DNA of 64,000 nt from Podarcis vaucheri. Taxonomy: Eukaryota. Below are positions 1 through 13,322 of the stretch, piece by piece. Location: assembly GCA_965113315.1 (NCBI GenBank), contig OZ220372.1; one strand, given 5' to 3'. Position numbers and translations under genes: made by a program. Position 1 is the first letter of the stretch. Each line of letters starts with the position of its first letter. Below the pieces are notes generated by a model. It saw only the letters and a list, made by a program, of their open reading frames with translations. It was not told the origin of the DNA and did not search any database.

Positions 1-1729
1 GGCATCACAAGTGGGGAGAGTACTGCTCCACTTGGGTCTTGCTTGCAGGCTTCCCATAGTTGGCCCCTGTAAAAACAGAGTGTTGGTTAGGTGTTTGATT
101 TGATCCAGCAGGGCTCTTTCATTGCTTTTTCTGGTATGAGACCTGGCAGAGGCAGATAAGAATATTTTGTTCCAGTCTCACAACTTCAGAGGTAATTATA
201 GAGATGGAGCATATGGTCTGTAGACACAGAGATGGTGTGAGATTGCCAAGTAAATGGAACTGTGAGTAGAGGTTTTAATGGAAGGAGTGGGTCTCAGCTG
301 ATATCAGCATAACACTTTTTATTAACCTCCAGGTGGTACGTGATCAAGATTGACTGTAGTAGCACTTGTGTCAGTAGTAACTGACATGAAATAAATGCAC
401 ACATTCTTAAATGCAGAATTAAAACGTAAGTTTGGATATTTTTAAACACCCTAAAAAGTTCAAAATTGAGTGACTTTTACTTTTGGGTCAGTAAAGGGAA
501 GTCTTCTACAGGTCAGTAACATGGAAGCCCTAACTCTGTGCTGTGGATGAATGATAATTAGCTAGAATGTAAAAGTCCCACACCATTAATTAATTCTTGA
601 CATTAAACATCAGAAGAGCCTTGAGTGTGCAGGTGTATTTTTAAGAAATACAGAAATATCCTCAGCATTTTGTGCTTATTGGAGCTCCATAAAGAAGTAA
701 TTCTATAGGAAGTGGGCAGCTATGGCGGACACTAGTTGTCACTAAACAAGATTGTGGCACAACAAAGAGGGCCTCTGAAATCCATATATGCCTCGGTGTT
801 TTTGGGTGTGCGTGGAGTGTACTCCTAGTATCTCCTTTGCAAATGGGCTCCATCACCTAGCGCCCCCCCCCCCGAGCCAGGTCATCTGTGGTCTGAAATG
901 GCTAGGGTTTTGCTGAGCGCAGTGTTAAGTCTTAAAGGGTTTACAACTTGCACAAGAACAAAGAAACACGGCAGCAGTACCGCCAAGCTGCTCTCTTGTG
1001 GCAACCCACGACTGCTACCGAAAGCGTCTGGGTTCCACTTCTAGCAACAGCTCCTGTGGAAGTGCTGAATATGGGGAAGACATCCCTCACCATCCAGGTC
1101 TCCTCAAGTCTGACCCTGGGCACTGGTAGGCCAGCGTCTTCTTTGGAAAGACAACCCACCCAGTCATGACAACTGTGTCGGAATCCCCAGAGAACCCAGG
1201 AACTTTAAAGATGGTGAACTGCATGATTACATGTGGCCTGGCTCAGGATGTGATGTAGAAGTGCTACACCAGTGAGCCCAGCAAACCGAATACCGTTTCC
1301 ACTGCATGAGGAGACTGATACTCCCTGGCCAGAAGCTTCTGACTTGAGCACTAGGAAGCAGAACCCATTTTCCACTCCCCCTTCCTGTAGAGTAGAGCAA
1401 GCTGCTTTGAGTACTTCTTAGACATATAAAATGGCAACAAAAGCGGGGGGGGGGGAAATCTTCTGTACCATCCTCAGCTGCATCTTCTCCCCTCTCTCCC
1501 CACCCAACAAAGCCTTATTAACGCTTAATTCTTGTTTTGTACTTGTCTGATGGAAACTAATAAATCCTGAGCAGCCTTCTAAAAAAATAAAAGAAGGCTC
1601 TTCAGTTTAGCACAGTACTTAAGCAGGGTAGTAGGGCTCCTGCAGGTATTTTTCAGAGCTTTGTAGGTTAAAACCAAAACCTTGAAGTTGACCCAGTAGT
1701 TCATTGACAGTCACTGCAACTCCTCAATG

Positions 1730-2250
1730 AGTGGTATGGTATGTGCACAGTAGGATGCTCCACCAAGTAACCTCACTGCAGCATCTTGCACCAACTGCAG
1801 CTTCCAAACCAACCTCAAAGGGAACTTTGCATTGAGGGCGTTATAGTACTGTAATCCAGTCTAGAAGTTACCAGTGCATAGGTCACAGAAGCCAGACTGT
1901 CATAGAATCATAGAGTTGGAAGAGACCACAAGGGCCATCGAGTCCAACCCCATCGAGTCATGGTCCAAGACTTGGAGCATTTGATATATCAGCCAAATCC
2001 AGTAGAAGGCACTCCTAGTCACCATAGCCACCTGGACTCCTATGAACAAAGAAGAGTCACGGTGTACTCTCAAATGGCATATACAGTTTTTTGCAGGGAG
2101 TGCAACTCCATCTAAAATAGGTTGGTTTCATTACCCAACTCCTGGATTGCAATCCACCCACCCATAGTCTTGCCAGGATCCCGTCCATTTCTGTATCTGG
2201 ACCCTGGTTTAGGCCTCACCTGAGATACGATGGAACTGAGTATCATTAAA
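1730..2250 (-). mobile_element. L2 LINE 3' fragment interrupted by a short CR1 3' tail (about 1900-1956)
   Basis: Reverse complement gives ALVTSRLDY...WKLQLVQDAA; insert ATCATAGAGTTGGAAGAGACC is a CR1 tail signature. Confidence 0.65.
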
Positions 2251-2254
2251 ATGC

Positions 2255-2341
2255 AAAGGGACCCCTGACCATTAGGTCCAGTCATGACCGACTCTGGGGT
2301 TGCGGGGCTCATCTTGCTTTATTGGCCGAGGGAGCCGGCGT
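2255..2341 (-). mobile_element. 5'-truncated Sauria SINE 3' end
   Basis: Reverse complement matches the 3' part of the copies at 3832 and 11276. Confidence 0.8.
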
Positions 2342-2422
2342 TAGCACATATGATATTCATACTATTTTGTTATACAAACAACTTCAAACATGGTTCATGA
2401 GATAGTAAGTAGTCTTGATAAA

Positions 2423-2787
2423 GGTAAAGGTAAAGGTACCCCTGCCCGAGCGGGCCAGTCTTGACAGACTCTGGGGTTTGTGCGCCCATCTCACATCTAT
2501 AGGCCGGGGGCCAGCGCTGTCCGGAGACACTTCCGGGTCACGTGGCCAGCGTGACAAAGCTGCATCTGGCGAGCCAGCGCAGCACACGGAACGCCGTTTA
2601 CCTTCCCGCTGGTAAGCGGTACCTATTTATCTACTTGCACCCGGGGGTGCTTTCGAACTGCTAGGTTGGCAGGCGCTGGGACCGAGCAGCGGGAGCGCAC
2701 CCCGCCGCGGGGATTCAAACCGCCGACCTTTCGATCGGCAAGCCCTAGGCGCTGAGGCTTTTACCCACAGCGCCACCCGCGTCCTTC
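2423..2787 (-). mobile_element. Sauria SINE, full length, CpG-rich subfamily
   Basis: tRNA-like head, (ACCTTT)n tail, 13-bp TSD TAGTCTTGATAAA (2410-2422 / 2788-2800). Confidence 0.9.
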
Positions 2788-3831
2788 TAGTCTTGATAAA
2801 CTCTTGTATTTATTTAACAAATGTGACTAAGATCCTCTGTCTAAACTTGGTAGCTCCAGCCCATGTCTGCCGTGTAAGAACTATCTCTGCAAGGTACTGT
2901 TTAATTCCGTTAAGAGTTACTGTGCCTCATCTCTAGTGTATATTTTCTGAAGCAGGAATTATTAAGAGTTGGCTTGTAAGACATTCATTAGCCTATGTGC
3001 ACAAAACATTGGTGCATGCCATAAAGTTTTTCAGTGGTCTCCTTTCCATTGTTCCCTGCTGGACAGTTGCTTTTATGTCAAAATAGGCTGCAGTGATTTA
3101 AAGAAAATGTGATGAATGCTAGAATAGCGGTCAGGTTTTCTATTGCAACGAAAACAACAGAAGGTTGGATCCAAAGCTGTTCCTGTGTGTTGAACTAGAA
3201 AAGTGAAACTAAAACCCAGATAGGTTTTTCCATGTGTGCAGGCTGCTGCTCAAGTGGAATCAAAGAATTGCTGGGTAATTTACCTGCACGAATGTACCAG
3301 GAACTCTTTGTGTGCAAATGGCTGTGAAACAGCACTAGCAGCTGTTCTAATTCTTCACATAGCTATTTGTGTTTAACACAGGATTTTCTGTGGCGTATTA
3401 AAGACTGTCTGATACTGCTTGTAATTTTGTGTGGTGTATGTAGAGATGGAAGAACCCTGCTCTTTTATCCACGTGTCTCTTCCATGTCCCCCAACTTCCT
3501 TTTCTAGTTGTGTTGCTGCTTCATAACTTTTCCCGCTTTCCAACCCCACTGCCTCCCATTTCTGAAGACCTACAGTACAGAGTGGGATGGTTCTGGTGGG
3601 GCAATGGAATAGGACAACATTTCTCAAACTTGGATCTCCACTCCACTTGAAGTTGGGTCTCCACTCCACTCTCCCTGACCACTGGTCTTGCTAGCTAGGA
3701 TGATGGGAGTTGTAGTTCAACAGTAGCTAAAGACTCAAGTTTGAGAATGGTAATAATACACTACATAGTTGAGCACATGTAAATCTTACTGAAATCAACA
3801 GGATTTAAGCATGCTTAACTGTAGATTCTAA

Positions 3832-4185
3832 GGGATGCGGGTGGCACTGTGGGTTAAACTGCAGAGCCTAGGACTTTCCGATCAGAAGGTCGGCGGTTCG
3901 AATCCCCATGACGGGGTGAGCTCCGGGTGCTCGGTCCCAGCTCCTGCCAACCTAGCAGTTCGAAAGCACATCAAAGTGCAAGTAGATAAATAGGTACCTC
4001 TCCGTCGGGAAGGTAAACAGCGTTTCCATGCGCTGCTCTGGTTCGCCAGAAGCGGCTTAGTCATGCTGGCCACATGATCCAGAAGCTGTACGCTGTCTCC
4101 CTCGCCCAATAAAGCGAGATGAGCGCCGCAACCCCAGAGTCGGTCATGACTGGACCTAATGGTCAAGGGTCCCTTTACCTTTACT
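3832..4185 (+). mobile_element. Sauria SINE, full length
   Basis: GGTTCGAATCCC B-box, CCTTTACCTTTA tail, 16-bp TSD TTAACTGTAGATTCTA (3815-3830 / 4186-4201). Confidence 0.92.
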
Positions 4186-5181
4186 TTAACTGTAGATTCT
4201 ATTATACCCATGTTTTTTGTAAAGTCTTTGTTATATTTCCCCCATTTAAATTTATGCTACATGAACAAATTCTATTCTTAGAAATTTAACTAAATCCATA
4301 TGCTGTTAAAGAGGTGTTCTCAGTAAACAAATGTTTAAAGATGTTATGTAAGTATAGAAAAACAGTTTGACAAGAATACTTGACCCTTTTAATACTTCTT
4401 AAAAAAACATAGATTGACATAGCAGATTCTACGGACTGGTGAAGTCAATAGAGCAAAAACTCCCATTGATTTTAATGCATGTGTATTTCAGCTTGAATGA
4501 GTAAAATTTAACTAATCTAAATGGTCCATTAAGAAAAAAGTGACAGCTTATTCCATGCCAGCTGTGTATGAAATCACATGATCTTTCTGACCTCCAAATA
4601 CAGTGTTTGGATTAAAAGCTCTGGTCACGCATCTGTCCATTCCTTTGTTATGTAAAAACAGCATAAGCATATTGGAGAATCTGCAGGATTAATCAGTTAG
4701 TTAAATGACTGATTCTTGCTGAATAAAATTCCCCTGTTGTTTTCTATTAGTTTGTGAGAATTATTTTTGAATATCTGAAAAAATGCAATTTGTTAGTGCT
4801 GTTTGCTTTCACAAATTGTTTCAAACATTGTGCTTCTTGTTTCTGCAGTTAACAATTTAGTTTTTATATTTATAATGGCACAAACTTTCTCCTGCAGAAA
4901 AAAAACAGCCAAGGATCTCTAGCATATTCTCTTCTCTATTCAAAGCTAGCACTCACAGAATATCAGTCTAAAGTCCTTTTGCCCATGTTACACACATGTA
5001 GTCAGTTATTTTTAAATAGCATATTCCATCTTTCAAAATAATTGGCCAAGTTTGTAAACTAATAAATAACTGTAATCAAACTGAAAACAATTGTTAGTTA
5101 AACAAAAATAATTGGTAGTAGGAGTAATAATTTGTGCGTAACCAGAGCAAAGCATTGGAGTACATTGTTCAAGTCAGTATA

Positions 5182-5407
5182 CAGTGGTACCTCGGGTTAC
5201 ATACGCTTCAGGTTACAGACTGCACTAACCCAGAAATACTACCTCGGGTTAAGAACTTTGCTTCAGGATGAGAACAGAAATTGCGCAGCAGCGGCACGGC
5301 GGCAGCGGGAGGCCGCATTAGCTAAAGTGGTGCTTCAGGTTAAGAACAGTTTCAGGCTAAGAACAGACCTCCAGAATGAATTCAGTACTTAACCCAAGGT
5401 ACCACTG
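5182..5407 (+). mobile_element. Tc1/mariner (Tigger-like) MITE, family A
   Basis: TIR CAGTGGTACCT, TA TSD; near-identical to copies at 10077 and 41161. Confidence 0.88.
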
Positions 5408-5420
5408 TACTGGGTTTGGG

Positions 5421-5565
5421 ATATAAGAAGCTGCCTTATACCAAGTCAGACCACTGGTCCATCGGACAGAAATATTTCCCCAACCTTACATGGAGATTCT
5501 AGGCCAGGGATTAGACCTGAGACCTTTTGCTTGCAAAGCATGTGATTGGCCACTGAACTGTAGCC
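5421..5565 (-). mobile_element. Degraded tRNA-derived squamate SINE (Squam-like)
   Basis: Reverse complement shows tRNA-like head and GATGGACCAGTGGTCTGACTTGGTATAAGGCAGCTTCTTAT tail. Confidence 0.6.
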
Positions 5566-5987
5566 AATTGGGTTACATCCATTGTGGCTTTGCACTAGTG
5601 GAAATTGCTTATGCAGTGCATGTCATCCAATTTTCAGTGATCTCTCTGCCTCCACCGTCACCACTGGCCACATCTACTGCACCTTTCTCTAGTGTATCCC
5701 ATATTGTTGAAGAGTGTGTCTCAGTTTTTATGAAAAGCTTTTTTCTGGTGCAGCGTAGTCTGCAGTTAATAAGGGGAATTGGGGGGGAAACAGGTGCCCT
5801 GACTTACCCAAGCTGAAGTGCTTTCCAGTGGTGACCTTTCTCTAGCAGATACAATCCACTATTATATTTGTATCTCACCCAATAACCAAATAGGCCTCAG
5901 AACATTTTTAACAGAACATTGACTAACAATAAAAAACCCCCAAATAAATAATTATAATTAAAAGGGGTGTCTTTGAAAGTCTTAGCA

Positions 5988-6123
5988 CAGGCTTCCTCAA
6001 TCTCAGCCCTTCAAATGTTTTGAGACTACAATTCCCATCATCCCTGACAACTGGTCCTGCTAGCTAAGGATCATGGGAGTTGTAGGCCAAAAACATCTGG
6101 AGGACCAAGTTTGAGCAAGCCTG
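5988..6123. mobile_element. Short palindromic hAT-like MITE (ACTACAAYTCCCAT family)
   Basis: CAGGCTT...AAGCCTG termini, internal inverted repeat; relatives at about 3617-3750, 17324-17461 and 54653-54776. Confidence 0.7.
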
Positions 6124-6529
6124 CCTTAACGTTAACTTTGTAAGCTAAAACAAAACTCTTAACTACTGGCTTTGTTCAAATGTCACATTAAACTGTAAAT
6201 GTGTTAAAAAAGAAGTTTGTGGATTTTACTAAATACGCAATAAATTATTATTTGAGCAAAACAAGCCACAATCTTTGAATCAGATGTACTGCTAAGCCAA
6301 AAATTGTGGTTTGTTTGTCATGCTAGTGAGGAGGAGCAAAGCAGGTGAAATCAGTGCGTTCCTAATAAATGATTAACTTTATTTCATAATGACATGCAAA
6401 CTGAGCCACTGTTTCCTGCTTGCAGTCTGGTTGACTTTTCCACATATTTGCATGCAACTACCTTCCATTTTGATTGATGTACATATCAGTTTTGATTCCA
6501 CCTCACTGTCTTTGGACTGTGGGGAAATA

Positions 6530-6744
6530 CAGTCATACCTTGGTTGACAAACACCTTAGCAGTCAAACGTTTTGGCTCCTGAACTCCACAAACCTGGAAG
6601 TGAGTGTTCTGGTTTGCGAACATTCTTTTGGAAGCCAAATGTCCGGTGGGGCTTCCAATCGGAAGCCGTGCCTTGGAAATCAAACGTTTTGGAAGTCGAA
6701 TGGACTTCCGGAACAGATTCTGTTCGGCTTCCAAGGTACAACTA
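6530..6744 (+). mobile_element. Tc1/mariner MITE, family B
   Basis: TIR CAGTCRTACCTTGG; homologous to copies at 32591 and 56821. Confidence 0.8.
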
Positions 6745-8583
6745 CAAGAAGGCAGAGGGTGCTTGTGTGCTTAGCACCTTCCTAGCAGTAGCTGGCCAGG
6801 GCAAGCCTTTCCTTCCTCTTCTTTTCACTTCTACTCCAACACACATTGATGGTGACTGTGAGAGCTCCTTAGCTCAGTGTTCTTTGTACACTTTCCCACA
6901 CACCCTGCTTTGTTGGAAGTGTTTGGGATGTGCTAGTTGTGGTAGCTGTTCTCTGGGCATCCAATGCACTGGAAGAGGAGGATGAGTTTACATACGCAGC
7001 TGCTATACTGTTAGAAAGGTAGTAGCCACAACTCTGGCTAGTGGCACTTCGTATCTAATAGGCTTAATGCAATAATGTATTGATTAGTGTTACTTTTTGT
7101 GGTCACCAGCAAGGGAAAGAAGATCTTGGAATTATAGTAGATTGAGTTATTCTTGGTGCTCTGGATAAAAAAATAAAAGCAATGATGCAGTGTTTTTCCA
7201 TTTCCTTAGGAGGTGGAATCAAGATGTTCTTTTAGTACTTGCAATATGCTGTCTGCTTTACAGTTGCAGCTTCTCCCAACTGAATTTGAATGTTTGTTAC
7301 TAGATATTAGATGGATTTCTCATCCTGAAGGATTGGTTATTATCTATAATAGGGTTTGAAATGAAGAGATTCTTGCCAAATAATTCAACTGCCAGGCACC
7401 CTTCTAAATTATCCAGCAGCAGCAGAAGTTGGGCTATCTTACTAAGTTAGACAGTATATTTATTAGGACAAACCGAAAAGTCACACACGTGTAACAAGCT
7501 TTTAACTTGCCATACTCCCTGCTTTGTGTGACATCTAGCCTGATGGAAGAGTTCACAGAGAACTTGAAAACTTGCCATACTTTTGTGACATTTCCCAACT
7601 GTCAATTTTTTGACACCCCCCCCCCCAAGAAGCTAGTGCATCTGTTAAATCTAAATCAAATGTCAAATGTCAACACTTGCAGATTGTTCATATATACCTT
7701 ATTTACTCTCTCGTAATCAGCACAGGTTGCTATTTAGAAACAAATGCCTTAAATAGTATAAACTGCACTGAAATCAACATAGAATTGTTGAAATAATTCT
7801 TTCAAGTCAGGGGTTGTCTGGGGCCCACTAGAGTTGGCTGAAAATTGCTGATGCCCACCAGTCACAAAATGGTGGTGCAGTGACACAGCCAGTCTCAACG
7901 TAATGGCAGATGGAAGCAGAATGTGGCATAATCGGTTGAGAATTACTGGCACCATTTTGTACTGATATCTAATCCATCTTTGGATATTGCTTTGTCATAG
8001 TCTTTTCCTCATGGCAAGGAGTTCCGTAGCTCAGCTTTTTTCCATTCAGTAAGAAGGGGATAGAGAAAGAGAAGAATCCCAAATCAGTTGGAGGGGTGTG
8101 GTGATCCCTTGGTCTGTTATACTCTTAGAGAAGCCTCAGGAGTGTGATTTAAAGAAGACTGGGAAACTCAAATAAAGAACCACCTTGTTTAGGAACCCAA
8201 GTATTAGGAGTAACACCTATATAATTAGCTGAAGAAACTGTGCGTTTACCACCTTGCTTTGAAGTCTGTAACATCCCCTGAATTTAAGATACACAGCATA
8301 AGTTTAACTGTTTCTTGATAAAATTCTATCTCCTGGCACACTTTATGTTTTACCAATTTTGTTCTAAAACAAATTCTTTTTCTTGCTTAACTTCCCCAAG
8401 TCTCCAAGTGCCAGACTTTAAATAACGTCAAATTAGCCTGTAGTTAAGAGGGGGTTCGCTGCAACTGCTCTGGGGAATCAGCATGCTGGAATGGATGGGC
8501 CAATTGCCTGATGCAGCGGAGCTTTTCTTCTGTTTTAGAAATCTTAAAATGAATCTAATAGTGTAATGAACTTCTTTTTGTAG

Positions 8584-8687
8584 GAAATCAAGCCCCAAGC
8601 ACATTATACCCATGGATACAGTGAATCTCTTGGGCGCAAAAGTCACATTGATGATTATAGCACATGGGATATCGTCAAAGCTACACA
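8584..8687 (+). CDS. ZDHHC17: ZDHHC17 exon 2 (EIKPQAHYTHGYSESLGRKSHIDDYSTWDIVKAT)
   Basis: ttttgtAG acceptor, GTAAGT donor, recognisable peptide. Confidence 0.95.
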
Positions 8688-10076
8688 GTAAGTGGGTTTA
8701 TTTGACAGCTTGTCTATTTTGGCACCATGTGGAAAACAATCCTCTGAAAATGTCTGCATAAAGATTTTGAGGAACGGAACAGCAATTTTGGACTGGTACA
8801 TCTTGAAAAGTCTGTGGAGGAAAGAATGCGTATGCAAACACACTTCAGTCTTGTTTGTCTGTAGCTTCAGTTTAAGAATCCAATAATGTGAGTGTTAAAA
8901 TAATTAGAATAAGAGCATCACAGAGTATATTTGCCCAGTTACATTTCACCAGTCCTCTGTTTGCCAGCCCTACTACCCTCTTCCTGCCAGCTACTTAACA
9001 CTGCAAAGACAGCAGCCATTACTACAATATATGCTTTTGCCCTGTTACTCTCCTAATGCTGCAGCTGTTGCTACCAATTGTTAAAGTGAGAAAGTAGGAA
9101 GATGGGAGGGTGGGTGTCCAATCCTGGTATCCACTGAAATGTGGACATGTTTAAGGGGCTGTGTTCAGTGTAGGAGAGACTAACCCAGCACAAGCGAAAA
9201 CAAAGGAAGAGCAAACAGTCACTTGTGCATTGTGGAGTTTTGAGAAGACATTTACTGAGACCTTTTGCAGACACAGGAAGTATTGGCAGACACACTGGTG
9301 CGTGTAGGTGATACATTGGTGACCCCTGCACTACACCATGGAAGCAGTACACCTTGATTGATGTAGCTATTTTTCTGCCTTCTCTCATTTCTCAGATGTG
9401 ATTATACTTAACTTGAATCATATCTCTTCATTCATGCAGGTACCTATGTAGAGAGCCACCAACAGTAGTTTTAATAATGGAAGTGCCAAGAGAAGAGGAA
9501 TTTGTATTTAATCTCTTCTATATTTCCCCCCTCTTCACAGTCTAGTGTTAAGATTTACTTAATAGAATCACGGTCATGCAGAGTATGCATTGTTCTTCCC
9601 ATAGCTGTAATACTAGAATAAAGGTGTTTGTCTTACAAATGTGATAACTTAGAGAGCAAAATGAGATACAATTGAAGATGAATTATCTCCCTTCTGTTCC
9701 CAAGATCCAGTTTCAGGTTGTAAGTTAAACTGGATTACAGCTGGAAAAAAGATTTCATGCAAATATAAATGGTGATGATAGTGTTTTACCTTAGGATATT
9801 AGTAAAAGCTGTTTCATACTTAAGAGAAATGTGGAAGTGAGCACCATCTAATGTTTTGCTACAGTGTTTTAATATCTGAACACTAATTTTCTTCTCTGCT
9901 GTCCCTGAACAAGCTAAGATTGTGCATTTAGTTAATAGTAAAGCCCAAAATTAATGATGTATAGTAGATTGAATGTTTATGTTACTTTTGCTTTAGTTAT
10001 GCAAGGTAAACCTCAATTTTGCATTTGTATGTGTAAAAGTAAACCTGAAAACCATTTTGTCTAAACTGCGGAAGTA

Positions 10077-10307
10077 CAGTGGTACCTCGGGTTACAGACG
10101 CTTCAGGTTACAGATGCTTCAGGTTACAGACTTCACTAACCCAGAAATAGTACCTCGGGTTAAGAACTTTGCTTAAGGATGAGAACAGAAATCATGCGGC
10201 AGCAGCGGGAGGCCTCATTAAGTAAAGTGGTACCTCAGGTTAAGAACAGTTTCAGGTTAAGAACGGAGCTCCAAAACGAATTAAGTTCTTAACCCAAGGT
10301 ACCACTG
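10077..10307 (+). mobile_element. Tc1/mariner MITE, family A
   Basis: TIR CAGTGGTACCT, TA TSD, internal duplication of ACAGAYGCTTCAGGTT. Confidence 0.88.
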
Positions 10308-11076
10308 TAGTATGGAGTCTTACAAGACACTGTAATAAGTTAGGATACTTAAAGTGTGGTACAGTAAGCCTGCAACTTGCATGCATCTAACTTGTGCACA
10401 CTCAACGTTATCTGAGTGGCAAAAAAGAAGAAAAGAAAGAGGGTGGGGTTTGGGGGGGGAATGACTTTGGCAATCCCACCTGCCATTGAATCAAATGGGT
10501 TTTGACAATACACAATTTTGGCTTTAGTAATTAATCATGGGTGATATCCAGTGTTTGTCCTACTTGGAGTAGAACCATTGAAATCAATGGGCAGGTAAAT
10601 TTTCACTTATTTCAGTAGGTTTACTCCAGGTATGACTTAATTAGATCTTGCTCAATTTGCTTAAGTATTTAGAAACAGTAAAATGCAAGGCTTGCAACAG
10701 TATCATAAAATATACATTCTTACTGTGATTAATATAACCAACAAATTTGGCCTCACCTTGGTTTTAATACTGAAAATGTATTCAGTTTTTATTGAAACAA
10801 TTGATTGTGAAGGGCAAGCACAACTTGACATCTGGGACCTTGGAAGTATGTGAAGGGTAGATTGTGAATAAACTACAGCTCGCATCAAGGAACATCTGAG
10901 GAAGGAAAATAAAGTAACTGAGCTCCATGGGGACACACTGGTATTTTTTATAGATTGTGTCCTATATTTTTAAAATCACAGTCACAGTATATATAAAATA
11001 AGATATTAGGATTCAAATCTGCTTTGTCTTTATTTGTCCAAAATATCTGATTATCATAATGGAATCTTTTGTCTAG

Positions 11077-11199
11077 GTATGGAATTTATGAACGTTGTCG
11101 AGAGTTGGTGGAAGCGGGCTACGATGTACGGCAACCAGATAAAGAAAATGTTACACTTCTTCACTGGGCTGCAATCAACAATAGATTAGATTTAGTGAA
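11077..11199 (+). CDS. ZDHHC17: ZDHHC17 exon 3 ([40 protein letters not shown]), ankyrin
   Basis: AG/GTAAGT, ankyrin TLLHWAA motif. Confidence 0.97.
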
Positions 11200-11275
11200 G
11201 TAAGTAGTACTCTCCTACCAAAATGAATTCATCATTAGAAGCATACATCAATAAAACCCTGCTATATTAGAATAA

Positions 11276-11602
11276 GGGATGTGGATGGCGCTGTGGGTTA
11301 AACCACAGAGCCTAGGACTTGGCGATCAGAAGGTCAGTGGTTCGAATCCCCGCAACGGGGTGAGCTCCCATTTCTCGGTCCCTGCTCCTGCCAACCTAGC
11401 GGTTCGAAAGCACGTCAGAGTGCAAGTGGGAAGGTAAACGGTGTTTCCGTGCACTGCTCTGGTTTGCCAGAAGCGGCTTAGTCATGCTGGCCACATGACC
11501 TGGAAGCTGTACACCGGCTCCCTCGGCCGATAAAGCGAGATGAGCGCCGCAACCCCAGAGCCGGCCACGACTGGACCTAATGGTCAGGGGTCCCTTTACC
11601 TT
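11276..11602 (+). mobile_element. Sauria SINE with small internal deletion
   Basis: Similar to the 3832 copy; 13-bp TSD TATATTAGAATAA (11263-11275 / 11603-11615). Confidence 0.92.
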
Positions 11603-13175
11603 TATATTAGAATAAATGAGTGCATTAAAGCAAAGTAATTTAAATAGCTATGATTTTTTATACTGCATGGTTTTGTGTCACTCCCCACAGCTTCATTCTG
11701 CCAACTTCTGCAGGTATAAGAGTGTGACCCTTCTTGGCCACATTGGTTCCTTCAAGGTTGCATTACTACAATGCACTTTTATGTGGAGCTTGCCTTGTGG
11801 CTGATCTGGAAACTATTGCAGTTAGTGCAATAACAACTTAGGGCCAGTTTACTTCAAGAATCACATTGCCTACACATGCCTAGTTGACTGCTTATATCTG
11901 CAGAACTTGCACTTCTACAGGTGCCACATAGTATTTGTTCTGCATTTGCAAGGAGTCGCTGTTTTAGTGTAGCAGTACATGTCCTATGCAACTCCTTACC
12001 TATTGATTTTATCTGTGTGGTAATGATAATTATATCATGTATATTGTTTTTATGCATACTGCTCTGATTAATAGCTTATAAATATTTCCAAATAAATAAA
12101 TATAGATGATACCAAAAATGAAGTCAACATTACTTATGGCTTTTGGTTGTCATGTTTTTTAACAGTATATTTCAGTTTTCCTGTGCAGTGATGTTCCATT
12201 GCATGTGTTAACTGATCTGAAAAGGATCTGCTGTTAAGGCAGGTCATCAGAGAATCCCAGGAACACTGCTTAGTGCGGAGGGGAGGTGGACCATCAACAG
12301 ACTTCTTATGCAGCCTCCTAATAGCTATGGATTTCACTAGCACTGTAGATATCAGTTTGCTTATATTGATGAGCTCTATAGAAATGCAACTTCTGAGATT
12401 TTATTCATAAGATTATATATATTCTATGAACAATAACAAAAAACCTCAAGAAAGCAGAATAAGGAGACCATTTTTTTAAAAAATTGTTTTCTTCTTTTAA
12501 AAAAGAAGATAAATGTAGAAAAACCAACAAATGAAAAACATTGCTTTTAAGGCCCCGAATAGAAAGGTGTTGTTTTGTCACTGAAGAGATAGATGCATAG
12601 GCATCAGGCAAGCATTCTTGGGGGAGAAATTCCATAAATGGTGTGTCACAACTGAAAATATCGTTTCTCCAGTCATCATCCACCTCATCAGTGAGGGGCA
12701 CTCAAAAGAAAGCATTGCAGATGACCTCAGTGTACAAGGAGGTTGATGTTGGACACTGGCTTTACACTGCCCGTAAGACTTCTGAGGATGCTCCTTGCGT
12801 TGTGATGTTTTAAATTGCAGTGTTTCCTCTCTACAGTGGATATGGACTTGTGTGTGGTGTGATTTTCTTTCCTCAGTCAAAAAGTAATGCTGATAGCATG
12901 GATACTCTCCAATGTCAAAACTTTTTTCATTAGTTAATTGCTGTATATTAAAATAAATGATAATTATAAATATGTTATTTAACCTCTAGTCACTTTAAAA
13001 GTACCTGGTTTCTCCTTAATCTTAAGCCACTGTTATAAAGGAGAACATAATCACTGGGCAAGCTGTGAAATTATATTCATTTCCATAGTTGCTCTTAATG
13101 TGTTACACCTCTTTATAACCATGTCTTTAATTACTATCTTGCATTACTACATTTGCACCTGTTTTATGACTGCAG

Positions 13176-13253
13176 GTACTACATATCAAAAGGTGCTATT
13201 GTTGACCAGCTAGGAGGGGACCTGAACTCCACACCACTTCACTGGGCAACAAG
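13176..13253 (+). CDS. ZDHHC17: ZDHHC17 exon 4 ([25 protein letters not shown])
   Basis: tgcAG/GT, TPLHWA ankyrin motif, phase consistent. Confidence 0.96.
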
Positions 13254-13322
13254 GTGGGGAAGATTTCAGCGTTTTTCTCTTCAGTTTTGTCAGAGGAATT
13301 TTTTTGATTATTAATCACTGCA

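Noticed and set aside
850-1330. Segment resembling the 5' region of an RTE-type LINE
   Set aside because: No protein motif or boundaries I can verify without a repeat library.
3832-3915. tRNA-like A/B boxes (GGTTCGAATCCC), also near 11340
   Set aside because: SINE heads, not tRNA genes.
1-8583. ZDHHC17 exon 1 and promoter
   Set aside because: No CpG island or matching N-terminal peptide found; presumably upstream of the window.
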